DNA of 64,000 nt from Nitrospinaceae bacterium (GTDB lineage: Bacteria; Nitrospinota; Nitrospinia; Nitrospinales; Nitrospinaceae), in the NCBI GenBank assembly GCA_965223665.1, contig OZ245011.1, forward strand, positions 1,088,001 to 1,152,000, given 5' to 3'. The notes under the pieces are model-generated. The model did no database searches. It was not told where the DNA came from and saw only the letters and a list, made by a program, of their open reading frames with translations. Within the stretch, counting starts at the first letter, position 1. Each line of letters starts with the position of its first letter. This document shows positions 52,976-61,392 of this stretch, piece after piece. A program made the position numbers and the translations under genes.

Positions 52976-55900
52976 ATGTTTATCCATCTCAATTGTCACA
53001 GTCATTATTCATTCACAACCGGGGCCGATTCCATTGATGCCTTAGTCCAGGCGACAAAAGAAATGGGAAATCCTGCCCTAGCCATTACAGATATCAATGG
53101 TTTGCACGGAGCAGTTCACTTTTACCAGACAGCTAAGAAAATAGGGATTCATCCAATTTTTGGAACTGAAATCGAAAGCTTTCCTGAAACTCCATTCATA
53201 GGAGACCAACGTGCCGTACTATTGGCCAAAGATCTCCAAGGATTTGGAGAGATTTGCCGGGTAATTACAGATCGTCATTTAAATAAAAATTTCTCACTAA
53301 TTGACGCAGTAAAAAATTGCAGTGATCACGTCATCATTCTTTCTCCAGATCAAAATTTACTACAAAACATTTTAAAAAGTCAGGGCCACAAAAATCTTTA
53401 CGCAGAATTAACAACACACAAAGGATATATCGATCCTCAGCTAGTCACTTTTTCCGAGAAAAAAGACCTACCCTACGTAGCCACTAATCGTGTTTTCTTT
53501 ATAAAAAAAAACGATTGGAAAGTGCACCGATTACTCTCCGCAATACGAACTAACTCCACAATAAATACTTTACCCAAAGGAGCTGTCTCCTCCAAAGATG
53601 CGTGGATGAAATCTACCAAGGAAATGAAACACCTATTTCGCTATCTACCCAAAGCAATTTGTAATACGGAACACATCGCCAGGCAGTGTCATGTCGATTT
53701 CAATATCGGCAAGATTTGTCTGCCCAAATTTACTGTTCCGCACGGTACAACACACTCTTCTTATTTGAGAAATTTATCTTATTCAGGAGCAAGAAGGATT
53801 TATTCGAAATGGACATCAGCTATTAAAGATCGTTTGGAAAATGAATTACAGATGATTGACTCTCTTAATCTTGCTTCTTACTTTTTAATCGTATGGGATA
53901 TTGTTCGAGAAGCCAATGCGCGTAACATCCCAACAGTAGGCCGTGGTTCTGCTGCAAATAGTTTGGTATGCCAATGTTTGGGCATTACTCAAGTCGATCC
54001 GATCAAATACAATCTTTACTTCGAGCGATTCCTAAATCCAGAAAGGACTGATTATCCTGATATCGACCTCGACTTTCCGTGGAACCGTCGCGATGAAATG
54101 ATCGACTATGTTTTCGACAAATATGGTCATGATCACGTCGCTTTAATTTCAGCTCACGTGCATTTCAGAAGTAGATCTCTTATAAGAGAAGTCGGCAAAG
54201 CCCTGGGAGCTTCTAGCGAAGATATTGACTCGTTCACTAAAACACTTCCTCATTTTTCAGACATCACCGAGCTGGAAAAAGTATGCAAAACCGTTCCCGA
54301 ATGCAAAAACCTTCCTATTGACGAGGAACCATTTCACTCGATCATTTTAATGAGTCAACGAATCGATGGGTTTCCCAGATACATCTCCATACATTGCGGA
54401 GGCATCGTCATCAGTCCTTTTCCAATCACAGATCGCATTCCATTACAAAAGACTCCTAAAGGTTTTGCCGTCACACAATACGATATGTATCCCGTCGAAG
54501 ATATGGGACTCCTCAAAATAGACCTTTTATCCCAGAAAGGACTTGCAGTTATTGCCGATGTTATTCAGGACGTGCAAAATCGTTATGGGAAAACCATCGA
54601 TTTTCATCAATTCGATCCTATTGAAGACCCTAAAACTAAAACACTAGTGCGTGAGGGGAAAACCATGGGTTGTTTTTATATTGAATCTCCAGGAATGAAA
54701 AATCTTTTGCAACAACTTCGGGTTGAAACTTTTGAGATGCTCACCGCAGCAAGTTCAATCATTCGTCCTGGAGTTTCAGATAGTGGCATGATGCGTGCTT
54801 TTGTCAATCGTCATAACGGGAAAGAAGAAACCACTTACCTTCACCCAAAGCTGGAATCTGTATTAAATGAAACATTTGGAGTGATGATTTATCAGGAAGA
54901 TGTCATCAAAGTAGCTAATGCTATTGCGGGAATGAGCCTCAGCGAAGCGGATAGTCTCAGAAAGTGCATGAGTAAAAAGCGTAACTGGGAAGCCATGGGC
55001 AACTATAAAGAAAAGTTTATAAGTGGCGCTATCAAAAACGGCGTCTCAAAAACGGTTGCTCTCGAAATTTGGCGGCAAATTGAAAGTTTTGCAGGTTATG
55101 CATTCTGCAAAGCACATAGCGCATCGTTTGCCTTAGTGTCTTACCAAACTGCCTGGCTCAAGGTACACTATCCCACAGAGTTCATGGCTGCTGTACTATC
55201 GAATCAAGGAGGATTTTATGATACTTGTGCATACATAGAAGAAGCACGTCGGATGGGCATCACAATTCTACCTCCGGATATAAATCAGAGTCACTATGCA
55301 TTCACAGCTTGTATTAATAAAAAAGGCCGGGCCAGCGGGATTCGTGTTGGGCTGATGCAGGTAAAAGGCTTAAGTCATTGTTCCATTGACTCAGTTCTAG
55401 AACAACGGGAGATAGCATACTTCCTTTCTTTTAAAGATTTTTGGTCTCGCGTAATCATTAGTCAAAGCGAAGTGGAAGAATTAATCTATTGTGGAGCATT
55501 TGATTCTTTAGAGAATTCGCGCCCTAATATGTTTTGGCAATTGATACTTTTGAATCGCACAAATACAATATCAGAAAAAAATGCTCCTTCTGAATATTTA
55601 CCGGGTTTCAATCCACGACAACCTCAAATTCCTCAAGATAAAATTCCATGCTTACCAAACTATAGTCGACAGGACAAACTCTGGGCAGAGCTAGAAAGCC
55701 TGGATCTTACTGTCTCTTCACACATGTTGGAACTTTATGGAGTACAACGTTCAAACCGAAATAAAAAAATCAATAGCACGCTTGAATTCAACAATAATAT
55801 ATTCAAAAATAAGACATGGCATCGATCCATTTTTCCCATCACTCCTGGCCAAAACATTTCCAAAAACTCAGGAAAATTAATCACATTGATGGGATGGCTG

Positions 55901-56116
55901 ATCACTGCAAAACGTACTTGGACGCGGAAACATGAATTGATGAAATTTATGACATTGGAAGACCCAACTGCAAGCTTTGAAGTGGTGTTATTCCCTAAGG
56001 TATATAAACAGTTTGGCCATCTTCTTTATAACCGAGGCCCTTATATTGTCAGAGGAAAAGTCGAACAAAACAGTGATTGCTATACCCTAACAGCTCTCTG
56101 GGTAGGAAGGTTTTAA
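52976..56116 (+). CDS. dnaE: DNA polymerase III alpha paralogue, probably DnaE2-like (non-replicative)
   Basis: PHP HLNCHSHYS, GRGSAANS, FERFLNPER..PDIDLDF, KIDLL, YAFCKAHS; ends right after the OB fold. Confidence 0.9.
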   Translation: MFIHLNCHSHYSFTTGADSIDALVQATKEMGNPALAITDINGLHGAVHFYQTAKKIGIHPIFGTEIESFPETPFIGDQRAVLLAKDLQGFGEICRVITDRHLNKNFSLIDAVKNCSDHVIILSPDQNLLQNILKSQGHKNLYAELTTHKGYIDPQLVTFSEKKDLPYVATNRVFFIKKNDWKVHRLLSAIRTNSTINTLPKGAVSSKDAWMKSTKEMKHLFRYLPKAICNTEHIARQCHVDFNIGKICLPKFTVPHGTTHSSYLRNLSYSGARRIYSKWTSAIKDRLENELQMIDSLNLASYFLIVWDIVREANARNIPTVGRGSAANSLVCQCLGITQVDPIKYNLYFERFLNPERTDYPDIDLDFPWNRRDEMIDYVFDKYGHDHVALISAHVHFRSRSLIREVGKALGASSEDIDSFTKTLPHFSDITELEKVCKTVPECKNLPIDEEPFHSIILMSQRIDGFPRYISIHCGGIVISPFPITDRIPLQKTPKGFAVTQYDMYPVEDMGLLKIDLLSQKGLAVIADVIQDVQNRYGKTIDFHQFDPIEDPKTKTLVREGKTMGCFYIESPGMKNLLQQLRVETFEMLTAASSIIRPGVSDSGMMRAFVNRHNGKEETTYLHPKLESVLNETFGVMIYQEDVIKVANAIAGMSLSEADSLRKCMSKKRNWEAMGNYKEKFISGAIKNGVSKTVALEIWRQIESFAGYAFCKAHSASFALVSYQTAWLKVHYPTEFMAAVLSNQGGFYDTCAYIEEARRMGITILPPDINQSHYAFTACINKKGRASGIRVGLMQVKGLSHCSIDSVLEQREIAYFLSFKDFWSRVIISQSEVEELIYCGAFDSLENSRPNMFWQLILLNRTNTISEKNAPSEYLPGFNPRQPQIPQDKIPCLPNYSRQDKLWAELESLDLTVSSHMLELYGVQRSNRNKKINSTLEFNNNIFKNKTWHRSIFPITPGQNISKNSGKLITLMGWLITAKRTWTRKHELMKFMTLEDPTASFEVVLFPKVYKQFGHLLYNRGPYIVRGKVEQNSDCYTLTALWVGRF

Positions 56117-56124
56117 AATGCAAA

Positions 56125-56442
56125 TTATTCCTCAAACAGTTCTCTGCGCTCGATAATTTCATTAATTGGAATAAATTCTGGTTTATCATTTATTTCCGCA
56201 TCATAACGAAATCGAAAAAGCCAGCCGAACCCATTCCATCCCCAACCTCTTTGCTCCATGCAATCACTAAAAGTAGTTTGGCCATGGCCACCGGCAACAG
56301 TAGAGCACACATTCCTATCAATCAACAACTTTTGAGGATATTGCTGGGAATCATCTCTTTCAAAATGGTCGTTTGCTGAACAAGAGATATCAAAAAAAAC
56401 AATTGGAAAAATTAATATAATTATCACAATCCTGTCAAACAC
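56125..56442 (-). CDS. Small exported/lipoprotein hypothetical protein
   Basis: Hydrophobic N-terminus then ISC; C...DCMEQRGW motif. Confidence 0.55.
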   Translation of the reverse strand: MFDRIVIIILIFPIVFFDISCSANDHFERDDSQQYPQKLLIDRNVCSTVAGGHGQTTFSDCMEQRGWGWNGFGWLFRFRYDAEINDKPEFIPINEIIERRELFEE

Positions 56443-56606
56443 TGAAAAACCTGCTAGCCACTAAAATAATTAGGCTAACACCATCTAATTTAATTTAAAA
56501 TAAATAATTATACTTATAAAACTAAGTGGTCATTTATCAATACAGTTTTTATGCGGAAAAATTTATACACATGAAGAAAGGTAAGAATAAGACGAGGAGA
56601 AATCTT

Positions 56607-57089
56607 TCAACTTTTTTTCAAGTCATCATTAAGAAGTTTTTTGGCACAGGCACGTACCCAATCAGTGGGATCACCAACTGCAATTTCCTCAAGCTTTTGA
56701 TAAGCTCTGGGGTCATGAATTCGCGCAAGTGCACGAACTACAAACCTTCTAACATGAGGAGAAACATGTTGTGAGGAATCCAAAATACTGACCAAACAAT
56801 CCTCCGTCCCCAATCTTCCCAAAGCATCAATTGCAACGGCAGTTTCACTTTCATCAAATTCATTTAAGTTATGTCTAATAGCAGGAACAGCTAAAGTATT
56901 ACCCCAATGACCCAATAAATGCAGAGCCCTTTTAAGTTTATTTTTATCTTTACATTTGGGGGTTTCAGAAACAATCCTTTGTAATTCATTAAAATCTTGC
57001 GGTCGTTTTTTATCCAAAATACGTTCTAAACTATGTGAGCACCCTGAGTTCAAACTTATATTAAATTCATCAGAAACATCGATGGACAT
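56607..57089 (-). CDS. HEAT/PBS-lyase-like repeat protein
   Basis: RALHLLG, AIDALGRLG, HVRRFVVRALARI, DP..WVR..A; GAGG RBS. Confidence 0.8.
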   Translation of the reverse strand: MSIDVSDEFNISLNSGCSHSLERILDKKRPQDFNELQRIVSETPKCKDKNKLKRALHLLGHWGNTLAVPAIRHNLNEFDESETAVAIDALGRLGTEDCLVSILDSSQHVSPHVRRFVVRALARIHDPRAYQKLEEIAVGDPTDWVRACAKKLLNDDLKKS

Positions 57090-57124
57090 ATTTTCCTCTT
57101 TAGAATTTTAAAACTCTCAGAAAA

Positions 57125-57781
57125 TTAGCAACTTTCTATTCCGGGATCTCCTAAGATTCGGTTACATTGAAACTCGGTTAAATCCGGGGGTGGATTGGCA
57201 CCGGGATTAGGAAACATCAAATTATTCGGATCACTCACATGGGCATTAAAACCAACGACATGTACTAGTTCATGTGCAAAAATCCAGGGACCCGCACTAT
57301 CATCGACCCAAAATCCTCTACGCCCTGCTGGAAAAGACGAACAACCCTGAAATACAGGTCCATCTTGAATATAGTAACCAACAATATCGGCACCCTGGTT
57401 TCTACCCAAACTAAAAAGTTCATCTTCTTCATCTGTTGGGAAATTTTGAACCCCAAGGGGACAACTATTTTGATCAAGAAATAAAAGGTTTGGCCGGTCT
57501 TCCTGGATACTACCGGTAACATAAACCCAGACGTCACATTCTTGTTGCAGAACAAGGTTTGCATTATCAAGATTTAATTGTAATTTGGGGTTGGCACCAA
57601 CAATAGTAACCAAAGCAATGCGAACAAAAGGTTTGCCTTGTATTAATTGAAGGCGTTGTTTAAGTGAACGGGATTGAGGATTATCATTTCCATAAACTGT
57701 AAGAATATCTTTTCTAATGGAAATTGAGATATTTTTCCCCAAACAATTTTTAGAAATAGATTTCACGCTATAGGTAGCCAT
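57125..57781 (-). CDS. Metzincin-like zinc metalloprotease, no signal peptide
   Basis: HELVHVVGFNAH plus Met-turn NNLMFP; GAGG RBS. Confidence 0.8.
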   Translation of the reverse strand: MATYSVKSISKNCLGKNISISIRKDILTVYGNDNPQSRSLKQRLQLIQGKPFVRIALVTIVGANPKLQLNLDNANLVLQQECDVWVYVTGSIQEDRPNLLFLDQNSCPLGVQNFPTDEEDELFSLGRNQGADIVGYYIQDGPVFQGCSSFPAGRRGFWVDDSAGPWIFAHELVHVVGFNAHVSDPNNLMFPNPGANPPPDLTEFQCNRILGDPGIESC

Positions 57782-57790
57782 ACTTTCCTC

Positions 57791-58654
57791 TTATTGAAGG
57801 GAAACTAAAACTTGGACTAAATCTCTACCTTTTCCCAAACTGTTAAGAGCTTTACCAATAACAGATCCAAAAGCTCTTACGGAGTCAGTGGCTTTCATCG
57901 CATAACCTGGATTAGCTGAGGTAGTAAGAAGGTCTCCACGCTCAATGGCTCCAAAATCCGCATCCACTTTACAATAGACTCGACCCATCAATGCAATGGG
58001 CCATTGATTTTTCTTTGATGCATTTCTACCAAGAATTATTCCAGGCTTCAGGCTTCCCCCTCCAGCAATTATTCCAGCTACACATTTATCATATTCCTTC
58101 TCACTCTTGCTTAAAGTTCCTTTGTCGTTTATCACCATCACAGTCCCTGGTTCAACTGTTGGATCATCCTCAATAGTAAAATCTTCAGCACAATCGGCAT
58201 TTTGCAATATTATATCTCCGGAATCCCCATTTAAATGAATCGTAGCATGAGACAAAGTAGTATTATCACCACTACTAGAAAATAAAATCAAATCACCATC
58301 TTTTCCATTTCCGCCTAACCAAACATTCCCACCCTCGGAATCCAGTCGGATTCGATTTTGGCCCGCATCAGCTTTAAGAAGAATTTTACCATTCGTACCC
58401 GCACCTCCAGCCGTCATGCTACCATCAGCTCCTCTTAAGCGCATACTGGATTGAGATAGTGTTCCATTGTCTCCACTATCGGGGAAAATAACTAAGTCTC
58501 CGGATTCACCATTTCCCCCTAACCAAACTTTACTGCTCCCAGCATCAAGGTTTATTCTATTCTGACCATTGGTGCTTTTTAAAATCAAATCACCGTCAGA
58601 CCCATCTCCCCCCGAAACAATATTTCCGCTTCCACTATCCAATGACAATGCCAT
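57791..58654 (-). CDS. Gly-rich beta-repeat fibre protein with C-terminal Peptidase_G2-like autocleaving chaperone domain
   Basis: Repeats RI.LD....VWLGGNG..GDL..F; NADCAEDF, EPGTVM, PIALMGRVYCKV, I..GDLLTTS..PG.AM, IGKAL. Confidence 0.7.
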   Translation of the reverse strand: MALSLDSGSGNIVSGGDGSDGDLILKSTNGQNRINLDAGSSKVWLGGNGESGDLVIFPDSGDNGTLSQSSMRLRGADGSMTAGGAGTNGKILLKADAGQNRIRLDSEGGNVWLGGNGKDGDLILFSSSGDNTTLSHATIHLNGDSGDIILQNADCAEDFTIEDDPTVEPGTVMVINDKGTLSKSEKEYDKCVAGIIAGGGSLKPGIILGRNASKKNQWPIALMGRVYCKVDADFGAIERGDLLTTSANPGYAMKATDSVRAFGSVIGKALNSLGKGRDLVQVLVSLQ

Positions 58655-59370
58655 AAATTCTCCCCCACAAAATATTTGTTTTTCTACAAGTTACGCCTGC
58701 CAGCAATAAATTCAAAAATGGGATTATAACAACTCTTTTGAGACTCGAAAAACAAATTAATCTTCAACTTTTTCGTGACATCCTCAATGGTTTCAATTTA
58801 TCCTTAAAGCTTTCTCTCTATCATTGTTTTCAAACAAGTAATTAATTTTATATTCATGATTCCATTAAAACATTATCTGTTTTGCGATATAGCCTAAATT
58901 CATAAAAAGTCATTTTTTCTCAACCAACTCATTTCTTTTACAAGTTGATCCCTCCTGAATTCAATTTGAAATCCAAATGAGATTATGGAATCCAAATCAT
59001 TAAGCCCCCTAAGATATTAAAACTATATCTGGCAACCTTACTACAACCCTATGAAAAATTGCTTGTTGGAAGCAAGTTTTATCTGTTAAAGGATATACCC
59101 AAACACACATTTCAACTTAATAATTTTATTGGGAAACTTGTAAAAATTAAAACATTTGCATTAGACTATATAAATAGGATTAGGAAGGATTAATCAGCTT
59201 AAACCCTTATATTTTAGCCCTTAAAAAACATAATTTATAAAATCGTCCCTGCTCTTTATTAATTTGGGAATCTTTCTCACATTAGTACCAAAATAAATGC
59301 TTAATATTGTTTTTACTTTAAAGTATATATAATAAACACTAAATCACTATTTAGAATACTTTATTCTTCA

Positions 59371-61287
59371 ATGGCCCTAAAAGGAAAAAATTCAATTAAA
59401 GATAGAATCCATCGTGCGATAATTTTTTCCAGTGGAATTTTAGTTTTAATCGCTTGCATCGGTTTTTCTAGTTACGAGTTCTTGGTATTTCGTTCAACGG
59501 CAACCAAACAAATTTTAAGCATTGCCAAATTAATCAGCATAAATAGTGCGAGCCCACTAGAATTTCAGGATAATAAAGGTGCGAAAGAACTACTCTACAC
59601 TTTAAGAGCAGAACCTAATATTCAATCCGCTGTGATTTACAACAAAAACAATCAAGTTTTTGCTAATTTTTCTTCTCCATCCAACAAACTTTCTTTTCCC
59701 CAAGAACCCTGGAATGATGGGGAATATTTCAAAGAAGGTCAATTATGGGTTTTTTACCCAATTAAATTTGAAGAGGCAAGATTAGGAACATTATTGATTT
59801 CTTCAGATTTAAGTCAAATGTACGAACGGTTATTAATTTATGGGGGAATCGTTTTAACCATTATTTTACTTTCACTTTTTATTGCTTTCCAATATTCATC
59901 TAAATTGCAAGATTCTGTTGCCCAACCCGTAATGGAGTTAGCTTCCACCATGCAGTCCGTTTCCAAGAAAAAAAGCTATTCCCTAAGGGCAGATAAAAAA
60001 CAGGACGATGAAATAGGGTTTTTAGTAGATCAATTTAATGACATGATCACCAAAATTCAATCCGCTGATATGGAATTAAAAAATTCTCATAATCTTTTAG
60101 AAAAAAGAGTAAAGGAAAGAACTTCAGATTTAGAAAAGGCTCAATTAGAGGCAGAATCAGCAAACCATGCTAAAAGTTTATTTTTGGCCAGCATGAGTCA
60201 TGAAATTAGAACTCCATTAAATGCAATTTTAGGTTTTTCCCAATTGCTCCAGTTAGCAACCAATATTAATCAAAAGCAAAGGGATCACGTTGAAAACATA
60301 TTAATGAGTGGTCGCCATTTACTAAGCCTGATTAATGATATTTTAGATATATCTAAGATTGAAGCGGGTTGCATGGAAGTGAACAATAAAGAATTTTCAT
60401 TGGATGAACTTATAAGCGGAATTTCAAAAATATTTAGACTTAGGTGTCAAGATAAGGGTCTCCAATGGATTTGCAATTCACCTCAAAACCTTCAAAAGGA
60501 TGTAGTTGGAGATGAGGGTAAAATCCGTCAAATTCTTATTAACTTAATTGGCAATGCCATTAAGTTTACTGAGTCTGGTTCGGTGCTTTTAGAAGTTACT
60601 CAAGATTCAGATTTTTATTTGTTTAAAGTAAGAGATACTGGTCCTGGAATTCCTAAGGATAGCTTAACAGAAATTTTTAAACCATTTAAACAAAACCAAC
60701 TTGGATTAGATAAGGGAGGAACTGGTTTAGGTCTTGCTATTTCATTTAAACAAGTCGAACTTTTGGGTGGGAATCTTAGGGTGGAATCTACGGAAGGAAA
60801 AGGAACCTGTTTTTCATTTAAAATTCAACTTTCTGAAGTTAAATCTCCAGACACAGATGAAAAAATTTCAGAACCCAAGATTAAACCTTTAGAAAATAGT
60901 CATCACCTTAAAGCTCTCGTTGTTGACGACGTAAAAGAAAATCGCGAGGCTCTTTGCCAAATGATTCGTTGGATGGGGGTTTCAGTAAAAGAAGCTCAAC
61001 ATGGAAAAGAAGCTTTAGAAATGATATCGGAAGATCCACCTGATGTAATATTTATGGACAATCAAATGCCAGTAATGAACGGCAGTGAAGCGATAGCAGA
61101 GATTAATAAAATTTATGGAAGTAACCGATTTAAAATTGTTATTGTCTCGGCTTCTGTATTAAATAATGAGAGAGAAAAGTTTTTTAGCCTGGGTTGTTCT
61201 GATTTCATAGGCAAACCCATTTTGATGGAAAAAGTTTATGAATACTTCAAAAGTTTGGAAGCGGAAAAAATTCCTTCAGAAAAATAA
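59371..61287 (+). CDS. Hybrid sensor kinase with YfiN-like (CHASE8) periplasmic domain, HAMP, HisKA, HATPase, REC
   Basis: NSASPLEFQD...A.E.L..L...PNI.SA.IY....VFA; DEIGFLVDQFNDM; MSHEIRTPLNAI; FMDNQMP. Confidence 0.9.
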   Translation: MALKGKNSIKDRIHRAIIFSSGILVLIACIGFSSYEFLVFRSTATKQILSIAKLISINSASPLEFQDNKGAKELLYTLRAEPNIQSAVIYNKNNQVFANFSSPSNKLSFPQEPWNDGEYFKEGQLWVFYPIKFEEARLGTLLISSDLSQMYERLLIYGGIVLTIILLSLFIAFQYSSKLQDSVAQPVMELASTMQSVSKKKSYSLRADKKQDDEIGFLVDQFNDMITKIQSADMELKNSHNLLEKRVKERTSDLEKAQLEAESANHAKSLFLASMSHEIRTPLNAILGFSQLLQLATNINQKQRDHVENILMSGRHLLSLINDILDISKIEAGCMEVNNKEFSLDELISGISKIFRLRCQDKGLQWICNSPQNLQKDVVGDEGKIRQILINLIGNAIKFTESGSVLLEVTQDSDFYLFKVRDTGPGIPKDSLTEIFKPFKQNQLGLDKGGTGLGLAISFKQVELLGGNLRVESTEGKGTCFSFKIQLSEVKSPDTDEKISEPKIKPLENSHHLKALVVDDVKENREALCQMIRWMGVSVKEAQHGKEALEMISEDPPDVIFMDNQMPVMNGSEAIAEINKIYGSNRFKIVIVSASVLNNEREKFFSLGCSDFIGKPILMEKVYEYFKSLEAEKIPSEK

Positions 61288-61323
61288 TTTCTTTTATTAA
61301 TTCCAGGAACCCCCCAAAAAAAA

Positions 61324-61361
61324 ACGGGCTTTTAAATGAATTTTTCATTTTTAAAGCCCGT
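61324..61361. terminator. Hairpin between convergent genes, likely bidirectional terminator
   Basis: ACGGGCTTTTAAATGAA-ttt-TTCATTTTTAAAGCCCGT with flanking A run. Confidence 0.65.
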
Positions 61362-61392
61362 CTAAAAAACCAGTTAAATTATGACCAACATT

